This document shows positions 13,170 to 25,497 of a stretch of DNA of 64,000 nucleotides, piece by piece. The notes below the pieces were generated by a model that saw nothing but the letters and a program-made list of their open reading frames with translations, made no database searches and was not told the origin of the DNA. The position numbers and the translations under genes are program-made. The stretch covers positions 808,173 through 872,172 of the forward strand of contig JAAOMT010000258.1 of assembly GCA_016748015.1 (NCBI GenBank), written 5' to 3'. This DNA comes from Geosiphon pyriformis uo1 (Eukaryota; Fungi; Glomeromycota). How positions within the stretch are numbered: position 1 is the stretch's first letter; each line of letters starts with the position of its first letter.

Positions 13170-13593
13170 CGAGAAAAATTTAATGTTAGTGCCTAATTTG
13201 AAAAGTGGACTAAAATCCATAATAGTTTAGGGAATTTTTCGTGGGAGGATTGAAGGGACCATTAGTATTTTGTGATAAATGCAAATACTTTGCTTGAAAT
13301 CTTAAAACCATTTCAGAAACCAATTAAGGTTTATACTGCGGCAAAAATCAAAAATGGTTAGCGGAAAGTAAAATTCCATCCATCAACTGGCCGTCAAATT
13401 CGTCAAATTAGAATATTTGGAAGCTATTGAAGTATAATATGAAGCTTTTCCGAAATTTGTGATCAAACTTAAGGTTGCGCTAAAGAAAAAATGAGAGAAA
13501 TTTGACATCTCTGTTCTTGAAGAGGCTATTGCCTGAATGGCAAGGAGGATTGAAGCAGTATTAAAGCCAAATGGAGGGCTGCCAAATTATTAA
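13170..13593 (+). mobile_element. Tc1/mariner DDE transposase relic 1
   Basis: Degenerate translation: PNLKSGLKSIIV*G (cf. SVMVWG), INWPSNS…NIWKLLK (cf. WPxxSPDLNPIENxW) and LKVALKKK*EKF…MARRIEAVLKPNGGLPNY* (cf. SMPRRxxAVIxAxGGxTKY). Confidence 0.85.
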
Positions 13594-13829
13594 TTGGATA
13601 TAATATTTATTTGGTGTATAAATTGTTAAAAATAAAATAAGACGGCAAGCGACGAACTGGTCTTTCATCGTGATACCAGTATCTCTATGCCCTTTTCTTT
13701 GATTCTTTTCTGTAAGCGTTAATGCAACTAATGATAAAAATCTAGAGCCAATAATTTTTTTCTTCACTTTTTGCATATTAATTGTACAGTCCCAAAATTA
13801 ATCACTGATTCAAAACTAGACCGATACTT

Positions 13830-14240
13830 TTCCAAAGGAGCGGAGGATTTTTATAGACGGAGTAACATCTTTGTTTTGTTTTCAGATAATGACAGGTATT
13901 ATTATTATGTAGAAATTCTTTAGAAACACCTACTAAAATTTTAAAAACCTATTGAAAGAAAATGATGATTCTAACAAGATAACGACCCTAAATACACTTG
14001 AGAAATTCTTTCGAGAGAACATTCCCAAATTCATCGAATTTTTTGATTTAAATCCTATCAAAAATTTATAAGTATTGCAAAAACAAAAGGTGGAAATGCT
14101 TATGTCGAGAAATCTCGAAAAATTACAACTTTTTATGAGAGAATTGACCATAATACTCAAAAAAATTTATTTTAATCTTATAAACTCGATATCGAAACGT
14201 TGTGAGGTTATTAGTGCTAATAGTGTGAACGTATTAATTT
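13830..14240 (+). mobile_element. Tc1/mariner DDE transposase relic 2
   Basis: YVEIL*KHL, QDNDPKYT (13975-13998; cf. QDNDPKHT), and DLNPIKNL*…KQKVE…NLINSISKRCEVI (from 14045). Confidence 0.85.
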
Positions 14241-14696
14241 TTAGTTCTTAATGAACAGATTTTAGGCTTTCAAATAATCAAATTTGGTATTGCAGTTATA
14301 GAATTATAAATTCAAAATTATTTTTTCAATATCTTTTATTTAAATAGCAGAAAATTATAAAAGTGAAACATATAATAGAAAGAAAAATACTTTTTCTATA
14401 AATTTTTTAAGAATTCTATTCAAAAATAAAGCTAACTAAAAAATTTTAAATTAAATTAAATTTTTTATTTTTTATTACATAAATAAAAGTTTTATGATTA
14501 CATAAAAATAAAATAAAGTATGAAAATTTAGATAATTCTAAAATTAATATTAATAAAATCTATAATTTAATGAAAAAATTGAATATGATGCTTTAAAAAA
14601 ATTTTAATTACAGTTTAGCAAAAGTCAAAATAAAAAATTCTTTTAAATTTGTATTATGAATTTTTATAATACATAATACAAAAATTAATTTTTGAA

Positions 14697-14697
<1 letters not shown>

Positions 14698-14742
<45 letters not shown>

Positions 14743-14743
14743 T
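14698..14743. repeat. (AAT)n followed by (ATT)n: self-complementary microsatellite
   Basis: ataataataa…aatattattatt…; the repeat flips orientation in the middle. Confidence 0.9.
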
Positions 14744-16716
14744 GAAATATCTCATTAAATGATTGTACTAAATTTATCAAAGATATATGTGTAACAAGCT
14801 TAGTTTTTTAATTACCATATAAACTTAAAAAATTTATAGGTTTCATTGAATTAGACTTAAATTTATTTGCTTAATACATTTTTAATAATTTAATCTGAAA
14901 ATTTTTTTGCTTAATTTTTAGTTAAAATCTTAATAGTATAACAAATTGATATATGATAATTTTTTCAAAGACATGACTTTTTAACTCAGACGGCCTAAGA
15001 ATTAAAATACAAACTTCATGAAAATCTTTAGATTTTGTCAAAATATTAATAAAGAGTCTTGTTTAAAATTATCGATTTTTGTAGAGTTTAGCACAAGAGA
15101 TTTTGAGGTTGTATGCTAATGCATTAACATTGTAGCTTACCAATTTATTTTCAAATTTTAATAAAAGAGCTTGAAAAATTTTTTTTTAATCGATTTCTAA
15201 AATAAAAAAAGATTTTACTGGGTAACATATAATTTTAAATTTTGATATTCATTTATATTGAATAATTATATTACAGAAGTTTCTAATTTGAAATTAAAAC
15301 CAAAGTTTGAGTATATAGGTATCTTTTCTTTTTCTTTTTTCTTTATTTAATTATAATTTTTGAAAAATATTTCTACTTTTAATTATTTGTATTTCAACAA
15401 TCTTTAAAATGTGATTAATAAAATTTAAATTAGATAAATTTATTAATTAGTCTATAACGTTGATATTTTTGTCTTGAACCATTTTATAAAATGATAGTAT
15501 ATTATATTCAGAACATTATCTTGCTTAAATATTGATTAATGTCATATTTAAACACAATAATATTTATTATAACGTTTTGATAAATTCATATTTTTTGTAT
15601 ATTTTGCCAATATTTAAGGTTTATATAAATATCAAAATATATTAATTTAAATATTAAAAATAAAATTTTGATAAAAAAAAAAAAACTAATTTTTTCTTAA
15701 AATCTGAAATGTAATAATGTAAATAATATATTATGAAATACTAGGTTTTAATATGTAAATTTTTATTCTTGTTTTGATATGCTCAGAATAAAGAACATAT
15801 AAATTCAAAAATTTTATATTTATTAAAAAAAATAACAAAATAAATTTTTGAAAAAAATATAAATTTTAGATGAAATAAAATAATATATTTATATAAAGAG
15901 ATTTTTATATTTTCTAATTATTTAAAATAAAATAAAAATTATGATATGAAAAAAATTTCATATTTAGATATAAAAAAAAGGAAATTTAACAAAATAATTA
16001 ATAAATTTTTAATTAATTTAAAATTAAAAATAATAAGACTTAATATTTAAAAATACAAAGAAAATATGCAAAATTTATAATTTTTAAAAATTTTATTATG
16101 AAAACGAAAATTAAACTTAAAAAAATTTTTGTTATTTTTTATTTTTTTAAACCAAAATTTATATTTCGAAAAATTTCATTAAAGGCTAAAAAATTGGGCT
16201 TTACAACATATTTTACAGAATAAAATTTCAAATTATCTTTTATAGAATTGATTTTTAATGTTTATAAAATAATAATTGAAAATTCATTTTTTATCGAAAG
16301 TTTATTTGAAAGTTTTCATGATAAAAAAAAGGCAAGCCTAAATTGCAATTATAAAAAACTGTATAGCACTCTCAATTAACATTCTAATTATAAAATTTAG
16401 AAAATGTTTCTTGTTCTTTTCAATCTATCATTTTTAAAGTAAAATTTCTTGAAAATGGTTACGATATTTTTTATAAATTGTAAAATTTTATCTTATTCGA
16501 ATGCTCATATAATCTATTATTTTGAAAATCCAAGTTTTTCAAAACTTTATTTAAATAAAAGTAACAAGTATTTGTAAGTAATATTCAAAATTATGTCTCT
16601 AAATTGTAACCTTGATGATTCTAAATCTAAGGGAAAAATCAAATTCTCACTCTAATCTATAAAAAATTTCTATGTTCATAAAATTCAGATTTGATGATTA
16701 TGATAAGGATATATTA

Positions 16717-16977
16717 TTAAAATGGTGGCAAAACCATTTGATTTCTATCAATCATTAAAAATGGAGCTAAAAAGTGAGTTCTGTATTGAGATTTTATTGA
16801 TTCAGTATTTGATAAATTTGAATTGTTCATCGGATTTGATATTTGTGTTTTTTGATTATAAGATGGAGTTCCAAATACCGCGGCTAATGATAGAAGCGTC
16901 ATTGTTCGAGGATACGGAGATAAAATATCCTTATTGGAAAAAATCCAATTTGAACCAGTTGATGTTGCTGATGACAT
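16717..16977 (-). CDS. Hypothetical small protein (86 aa), Ser/Asn-rich, ending LPPF
   Basis: True ATG in an A-rich context (AAAAGAATGT), GC-richer and CpG-retaining island amid very AT-rich DNA, promoter-like CpG-containing region at ~17.1-17.3 kb. No recognisable domain. Confidence 0.4.
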   Translation of the reverse strand: MSSATSTGSNWIFSNKDILSPYPRTMTLLSLAAVFGTPSYNQKTQISNPMNNSNLSNTESIKSQYRTHFLAPFLMIDRNQMVLPPF

Positions 16978-17687
16978 TCTTTTTATCTTGAATATGATTT
17001 TAACGAATTTAGAGTGTGGATGAGTTTTTGAAAGTTAAATTTTCAAAAAAAGAAATATTTTCCAAAGTTGAAAATTTTGATATGACATGGAGCGCTTTCA
17101 TGTTTTATGTTTTATGTATTATATATTAGTTACTGTGGTACACCACTCCTGAAATGTGACGTTTCCTGTTTCATCGTCACACAAACAAGTTGGCTTTAAT
17201 TGCATGCAGAATGATATCACAGGTTCGGACTTTCACCAACAAATACCACCAATCGGGAATAGAATGGATTATTATTAGCATTTTGTGGAAAAAAGTACCT
17301 ATTTTGAGTGACAAAAAGAATAACAATGAGCCATTTTCTTCATTCAAAAATTTTCATGTGAACTTTAAACTCATAAAAAGAGAAATGTGATTTAGGTCTT
17401 AAATGTATATATAATAAAATTACTTTTTCCAGAAAAAAGAGTAAAAATTTTAATGATAATTCTAAGAAATAAATTTATAATTTGTTTCTTTCAAATTTAA
17501 AGCTCAATATATTATTAATTAAAAACCCATAATTAATATTTTACTCGAAAATTAGGTTTTCAAAAATTGTTTTTAAAACCATTTATTTTAAAATAAAAAA
17601 AAAACATTTATATTCGATTCTTGAATGATTCTTGATTTTAAAATGATTAATTTAGTACTAATCTTTTAAAAAAAGTAAAAATACTCA

Positions 17688-17707
17688 GATGATGATGATG
17701 ATGATGA
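17688..17707. repeat. (GAT)n microsatellite
   Basis: gatgatgatgatgatgatga. Confidence 0.8.
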
Positions 17708-18466
17708 CTTTTAGCTTAAAGTGCAGTATCACCTGAAATTTTTTGACTTTTAAGCATTTAATATTTCATTTGTGTTTTAATTCAACAATAAATTATAACA
17801 TTTAAAATATTAAATTTTTTTAATATTCTCAATGCCAAAAATTTTATAATAATTTCAACCAACTTTCAAAAAACATTATAGCCATATTAAAAAATTTTAA
17901 AGTATAAATTTATGATATTAATCAATATTTTAAGCAAACCAATTCGAGAGAAAGCTTCTTTAAAAAGAAAATTTTTTTGGCAGCTAATATACCCAAATCC
18001 AAATATATGAATTCGAATCCAAAAGTTGCTATTTTGGGTTTCAGATCAAAAAGGGTTGAATCTACGTACTTTATCCTGCGGCCATAAAGTATTTCTTTTA
18101 TTAAAATAAAACAAACTTGAGGCGATAAAAAGGTTTATCCTTTTAAAAGTATAACCATAGAGGTCTCGTAGTGATAATCATAATTTTTGTAAAAGTAGTG
18201 TCTAGTATTTATCCATAATCTATCTTAGATTAAAGTTCAAAGTTTTTGATGACAAAAAGTAAAATTCGTTCAAAAATATAAATTATTTAAAAAGTAGAAT
18301 CTTCACAACTGATACTAAATTCATTTGATTTTCTTATTTTCGAATATCTTAAATTATTGGTTTCGTTTGAACTTGACAAATAAAACTACACCGCACAAAA
18401 TCAATGCTTAAGATCATAAAATTTCTTTAAAATTTGAAACCTACTTCTGCTTAAACTTCCTACAGA

Positions 18467-18468
18467 AA

Positions 18469-18499
<31 letters not shown>

Positions 18500-18500
18500 A
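18467..18500. repeat. (AAAT)n microsatellite
   Basis: About 8 tandem AAAT units just downstream of the kinase gene. Confidence 0.85.
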
Positions 18501-18611
18501 ATTTTCTTAATATTCAACTACTTTTTTCTATCCTAATAAAAACATGCTATTTTCAACTAAATTCTCCCTAATATATACAGATAGTAATTATACACTAAAA
18601 AATTTATATTT

Positions 18612-20463
18612 TTATTTTATATGCTTTATAAAATGCTTTGGCAAATCATCGGCACTGATTTCCAATTCAAATTGTCGAGAAAAGTAATCTGGAATATTAA
18701 TGATTTGATCCTTATTAAAATCTGTTTCAAAATAAAAAAAAATTAATTTAAATATACCTTCATTTGAATCATCACATTCTTTTCCATAATCTCTTAGGTT
18801 TTGTTCACCAATTATTGTATCTGTTATAAATTCCAAAAATAAAACTTGTAAATATCAATTTATTTCTTATTTTAATGGAAACAAAAAGTTTTACTTCAAA
18901 AAAAATTTAATCCCTCACCAGAATATAAATTATCTGAGGAACGAGAATTTTGATCAGAAATAGACACAATATTTTTCTCTTCAATGGAAATTGGTAAAAT
19001 ACTCGAAGTCATGGAAATTGGTTCAGTATCTTTGAAATGTCCCTTTCCCAATTTTCTTAACTTTTCTGACTTTCTCAAATTCAAATACTCAAAGAACCGG
19101 CTGGTATATACTGTACCAGAATGTAAATTCTTGTCCCTAACTCCAATAATCCGCTTTGTGCATTTTTCATATTCTGTAAAAGCAAGAAAATTCTGAGTCT
19201 TCCATTTGCATACTAGATCTGAATGCCATTCTTTGAAACATCGTTCCAATTCCTGTGCAGCTGGTCTTCGAGCGGGATTGCCATTCCAACACCGTTTCAT
19301 CATATTTACGTAGGCGGAAGGGGCTGACTCTGGAATAAGGGGTCGCTTCCCGGAACAAATCTCCATTTGTAACCAATAATCGTGTGCACAATCACTGAAC
19401 GCTGCTTGATTAGTCAGGAATTCCCACATTATGATCCCAAAACTATAAATATCGGATGCTTCAGTATATGAAGAGCCTCTTAAAATTTCGGGAGCCATAT
19501 ATGGCAGAACACCATAAACTCCGTCGATGATCATTGGTGATTGAGTGATCGGTTGGGCAAGACCCAAATCAGCGATATATGCTCGCATTACAACTCCTTC
19601 ATTAGTAATTAGAATATTTCCACTATGTAAATCCCGATGAACAAATTTGGCACCGTGAATAGTTAAGAGATTAGTGGCGATTTGTCGTAGCATCGAAAGT
19701 TTTTCAGTCCATGTCAGAGAATATTGCTGGCTAAGACAACGTCGTAAATCACCATGTATTGCGTAGTCGAGAACAATCATAAAATCCTGACTGCCTGGGT
19801 CTTGGGTGATGCCGTAACATTTGATGAAAGTGTCGTTTCTGGAATAAAATTGATAAAAAGCCTTCAACTATAACCGAAAATTCCAAAGCTGGTTCAATAA
19901 AATTCGAATATTTTGATTATCCAACCGCTCAATTAATTATTATCTCTTAAATACTTAATACAGACCTCCTGCAAAAACATCTCAGGTTGGAATTGCGAAT
20001 CACGAATTCGTTTCAATGCAACTTTCATCTTAGTAGTATTAATACACCTCATTGATTTCCATTCTGACTCATTATTTGACCTTTCAGCACTTATTTTTCC
20101 CCCTTTATGGTTTCCACTATTACGATTGAAAAATTTTCCATTTTTGCTTAACCATGCACAAAATACGGTTGAAAACGCACCCTGTCCCACAAATTCTACT
20201 CCTTCGAATTCCTCAAACTTTATCCATTCCAATAAACTATTAAGATTTTTAGCTTTAATCTGGGTTTCTTGAAGAAATAAATCAATCTCTTCGTTTCCAC
20301 TTGTCCAATTTTCAAAATTTTTCCGTAAATGATCATTATTACATTGGCACCAATCGTAGTTGATATTTGGATTTCGACAATATCGACATAGCCCGAAACT
20401 TTCACGTCGGTAGGTAGCCAGGTTATACGTTTTTCCACGTTGTCGACGGTTAGAATTTGACAT
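18612..20463 (-). CDS. Tyrosine-kinase-like (TKL) protein kinase, Glomeromycotina-expanded type; ~4 exons (20463-19966, 19867-18919, two short 3' exons to 18612)
   Basis: N-terminal CRYC…WCQC…FENWTSGNEEID…LEWIKF. Kinase motifs GQGAFSTV, VALK, HRDLHSGN, DLG, YMAPE, DIYSFG and RP are all present. GT-AG splice sites join the ORFs in frame. Confidence 0.93.
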
Positions 20464-20934
20464 ACTGGAATATAAAAACAAGGTAGTCTTAGTTTCCCCC
20501 GTAAATTTATGACATGAAATATGGGAATTGAGAAAATAGAATGGAGACGTTATTTTTATAACTGATAAAGTGGTGTAACAAGACACTTATCAACTTGAAC
20601 TCCGAAAATGGGAGGCAATTTAATAGAGCGTAACTTTATTAAGCTAGTTTTTATCCCAATATTAGGTATTATTATGATTATCAAATTCCATGCTTCCGAA
20701 TGTATAACCGATACGAAATCGTTTTTTTAAATAAACATCCCAAAGACTCAAAAATTTGGGCTTGCAGCTATGACAAAGTAAATTCATTGTAGTAAGTCTA
20801 CAACCCTTTATTGGGTTAAAAGGTAAGAGGAGACAAAAGACCAAAGTAACCAACCGAAATTGAATTACAGCCCTAAAGCGAGATGCAAAATTGTATAACT
20901 TGCAAAAATGGAAATTAATCTAACCACCAACGGG

Positions 20935-21055
20935 AAATGAAAAACGAAAGGTTAACATTTAATGTAGACATTATTCAACGAGGGTGAAGGTAAATAAATG
21001 AAAAACGAAAAGTTAACATTTAATGTAGACATTATTCAACGAAGGTGAGGTAATA
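20935..21055. repeat. 61-bp direct tandem duplication (2 copies)
   Basis: aaatgaaaaacgaaa(g/a)gttaacatttaatgtagacattattcaacga(g/a)ggtga… begins at 20935 and 20996. Confidence 0.9.
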
Positions 21056-21269
21056 TATATTTTAGACTTTCCAAATCTTTACTCATCAAAAAACACAAAA
21101 AAAAGTTTACCCATGGGAAAAAAATCATAAAAGATTTTGACTGGGAATCAAATTATATTTTCATATGAAAGAAATTTCGTCTAAAATAACCAATAACATA
21201 ATCTCAATGCTGATTTTATGATTACAATATAAAAACAAAAGCTTCTTTCATCTGTTTAATATGCTTTTT

Positions 21270-21540
21270 AAAAATATTCTATAGAATGATGGGTCTTGGA
21301 GGAAGATAATGTTTCAAAACATTGTTCAAAAAAAGTGGCTTATTTGAAGAAAGAAAATGATGTTAATGTTATTTCAATTACCATCAATGACCATCAATGC
21401 CAACCTGACTAAAATCTGATTGAGAATATTTGGAGATTGATAAAAATTAAAAAAATTAAAACTTTTTTAGACAAATAACAAAAGAATGAAATCGCTTACC
21501 TGATGAGATTGCTGCAAATCTTATTTATTTATATTATTTA
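21270..21540 (+). mobile_element. Tc1/mariner DDE transposase relic 3
   Basis: WVLEEDNVSKHCSK (cf. xEDNDPKHxS), PD*NLIENIWRLIKIK and ITKE*NRLPDEIAANLI. Confidence 0.8.
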
Positions 21541-22195
21541 AATAATATAAAAAGCCAATTATAAATATATATAATGTAAATGAAAAAAGTCATTCTTAAA
21601 AGAAATTTAATAAAATAATTATCTTTTGATTAACTTATCTTTTATTACTTAAGTTATAAATGTTTTTTGGTTTCAATTTTTTTCATTAATCTTACTGTCA
21701 TACAAATATTTTTGCTTTACTAAATTTTATTTAGGCTTTATTTTGGTAGATTAAAAAAAATAAACTAATTTTCGAATGAAAATTACCCTTTGAACTTAAA
21801 TTATCATGAAAATTTCAAGTAACTAGTCTGCTTCAAAATATTTATTTAATACATTTTTTTTTCTATACCAAAATAATAAATTTAATCTATCAGTCAATTC
21901 GGATTTTATCTTTTCAGCTAGACATTGCCATTTTCAATTTTACCAACAATCCAAGTTTACTTTTTTTTTGCTTAGTTACATATTTTCTTTTTAAAGCTCT
22001 GAAATTGACCCCGGTAAAATAATAAATTCTAATGAGGGTTTACATATGACGGCCAGCTATAATGTATTTCTCTGCTTTAATTTCAAACCGAAAATTGAAT
22101 TTGATGTGCGATTCAAATATTACATGTTAATAGTCCCGTCGAGGTCACTCGCATATATTAGAAAGAAAATTTTAAAATTTTCCTTTTACAATATC

Positions 22196-23196
22196 TTAAT
22201 GCTGGCCATGAGGATCACTTCCTTTGACTATAATAACGGTGCAATCGCAATTATGGACGCAATAATCGCTGGTCGACCCCAAAAAGGCTCTGTTTACACG
22301 AATAGAATATTTATTGCAAAGACAAAGAAATTAGTTTGAGAATTTTTTATTACTGACGGTAGAAATCAAATGAAGTCTGACCTCTTAAAAATCCCTAACC
22401 CACGAGATCCGAGGATGAGGGTGTCGGCATCAACTTCTTTCGCCTTACTAGTAATCTCATCACGAGGATCACCTCGCATGCTAATGGCCTTGACCGCAAA
22501 CTTTTGACAAGTATTAATCTTGGTTAAAAAAAGTTTCGAAAATTTAAACTGCTGAATTCCTCACTCACATCTTGAGCTTTCAATTTCGTCCCATATTCAT
22601 GCAAAAGTTGATAACTATTGGTTCGATACTTTGCGATATTCAAAAAAAAATCAATTCCATTATAACCAATTTTAACAAATTTATGCTATAACATTCACAA
22701 ACCTGTTCGTCAATATGATACACATTCGAAATTTCCATATAGCCTACACTTAGAGCTGAGGGACCTCAAAAAATTACAACCATGTAGAAGTTTTTAATTA
22801 TTGACATTTTGTGATTTTGCCAAAATACGAATGGGATTACAAAAAACTAAGACTGGTGTATTACCCAATGGTCCACCAGTATACACGAGTGGCCTTACAT
22901 TGACCAATACAACCTAAGAATTATGGTGAGATCAAGGAAAATTTTGGAACATAAAAAATGGTCAATTCTTAAATAGTTCTAACCAAATCGCTCTCCTTTC
23001 GTAAAAAATTCTTCACAGCCCACTCAAAAGCATTTTTACTATAATCTGAATGATCAAGTGCAATAAGAACCACACGAGTTATCGGGTTTAGAGTGTCATG
23101 AGTTGTTACAATGGTTTCATGATCATTCTCAGATATATCGGTTGTTGCGAGATATTTTTGTTCAGTAGTCTTTTGATTACTTTCTTCAGTTGACAT
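22196..23196 (-). CDS. Universal stress protein (USP/UspA domain), 6 exons
   Basis: Spliced product MSTEES…RVVLIALDHSDYSKNAFEWAVKNFLRKESDL|VVLVNVRP…|…|YRTNSYQLLHEYG…|FAVKAISMRGDPRDEI…LILGSRGLGIFKR|AFLGSTSDYCVHNCDCTVIIVKG…*. The G-x2-G-x9-G-S ATP-binding USP motif is intact. Confidence 0.93.
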
Positions 23197-23442
23197 TTTC
23201 AATTAAGCAAATTCAGAATTTAGTTTATATACGTGGGAAAGTAACTCATGAGCCCTTTAAATAATGTCAATTTTGGGATCACCAGATTATTAAATCATAC
23301 GATTTTTTGTAAGATCAGTTGATACAGAATAAAAGATTAACAAATCAGAATTAATTTTACTTTTTTGCATCTTTTTAAGCTTTGAATACAGGCGGTGTCG
23401 ATGAAAACTGCTATTAAAGTAAAATCTCTCAAAGTACACGCT

Positions 23443-23486
23443 CCTGGGGCCCAGGCATGCACGTGCATTTAGACAGGGTGTGCACA
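23443..23486. promoter_or_regulatory. GC-rich palindrome cluster with CACGTG E-box upstream of the USP gene
   Basis: CCTGGG-G-CCCAGG (23443-23455), ATGCACGTGCAT (23457-23468) and TGTGCACA (23479-23486), ~250-290 bp upstream of the ATG. Confidence 0.5.
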
Positions 23487-25497
23487 TAAAGAAGAGTCAA
23501 TAAGAAAATTTATATGGTTCAAAAAATCTAATACGAAGTTTTTTGACATTCTACTAGTGAATTTGTGGCAATGTATAAAAAATCTTTATTTTATATGAGT
23601 AAATTCGTATTTAACATAAACTACTATATTCGCCAATAATTTATTGATGAAACTTAACCTAAAATGCTTTTCTGCTTGCGCAGATCTCTAAATAGTTATT
23701 TTTTAGCTAAAATAGTTGTTAATAACAGTTTGTTGCATTAGACTTGTTTGTTTATCTCTCTAAAAAAAGTTTTATATTAATTTATATATTCTTCTGTTAA
23801 GGTAAAAATGTATACCTACTTTTCAAGCTAGTAATTTCTGTGCTAGTACTATAATAAATTTTTAATAGTTATTATTTATTTCTTTGAAATTTAAATTTTT
23901 ACATTGATATTCTTGAAAATATATCAAAATTTTTATAACTCGATCATTTTCCATTTATATTAGCAAAATTCTCAAGCACTAGGTTATTAATTTGGCAAAT
24001 ATTTTTTGAAATATTTCACAAATACTAATATTTTGTAAAATAAACTAATTGTTTTGTAACTAAACATTTGTTAAAAAAAATAACACATATTAATTTTAAT
24101 ATTTTTAACTAATTAAATAATTAAATTCTTGAATTCAATCTTAAAAAAACAATGTAATCATTTAAGTTTTGATTTTATTATTGTAATAGATTTTGAACAT
24201 ATTTTTAATTTTAATATTTGTAAAGTATAATTTATGTAAATTATTACCATTTGCACATAATACAATTAAAAAATGCTTATTTCTTTATTTTATGTTCAAC
24301 AAATATTTAGTTGTTAATCTTTGATTTCGTTTTAGGTTATAAAATAAAAATATTCAAATTATTAATTAAAAAACCCAGTTTTATTTGTATTATAGATGTT
24401 TTCAAGTGAAAAATTGAAAAAATATTTAAATAACAGTTTTATTAACAAATTCAATTTTTTAAATGTTATTACAGTTTAAAATTATTCAAAAAAAGATTTA
24501 ATTTAATATTAAGCATTCTAGCTTTTTTATTATTATAAACATAAAATTTTTTTAAAAATATACAATCATTTTAATATTAATAAATAATTCGATAATAATA
24601 AAAATTTTTGTTTTATAAAACACAGATTTGTAATATAATTTCAAATAATTTGTCTTTATTTTATAAACTATTTAATTCAGATAAAAAAATTTAAATACAC
24701 TTTTCAATATTTAAATATGGTGTTATATTTTGTTACACAATTATTTAAATAATTTTGTGCTTTTTACATATAATTAACCACTTAAGTTAACTAGATTTAA
24801 AGTTGTATGTACAATCGTATATTTTTATCCAATATTTTTTAAAAACATCAACATTATTTGTTCAAATCCCTTTTGCTTTTTTATTATACTTTAATAAAAA
24901 ATTTATAATTAACAAAATAAAACTATATTATTATTTTTAAAATAAAAAAAATTGCTATTACTATTAATAAAATAACACTTTTTTGGATTGTTTTTGTTAT
25001 TTAAAAAAAAGTTGTTGTTGTTAAAGTTTTTTTTGATAAAAAATAAGTTTGGTTTTTAAGTTATTTTGATAATAAAAACAGTATTTAATAGGTATTTTTG
25101 GTGATAAAAACAGTATTAAGACTATTTTTAATATGTTTTTTAACAATATTCTTACAAATAAACTACCAAAATAATTTTTTAGTAACAATTAAAAAGTTGT
25201 TTTAAATCTGTTTTAAAAAAATGCTTTAACAATATTTTGTTTGGCTGTTTTTATTATCAAAAAACTTTAATTGTGTGTATAATATTTAAAATATAATCTG
25301 TAAAAGTTTCGATACTATTTATATTGTCAATCAGATAATATCATGTGATGATAGGCAGATAATCTGGAAAATTATTTACAGTTCACTTGCACCAAACTAA
25401 AATGATAAACAGACATTGTTTGTAAAATGTCGAAATTTTGTGTTAAGGTTGGAACCTTAAAATTTAACGGGCTATCTCCTTTGGAAATACATGAAAA

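Noticed and set aside
16722-16991. + strand 89-aa ORF
   Set aside because: Antisense to the preferred - strand ORF. The promoter-like region lies on the side favouring the - strand, though this is not formally excluded.
22046-22339. + strand 97-aa ORF
   Set aside because: Antisense to the last USP exon.
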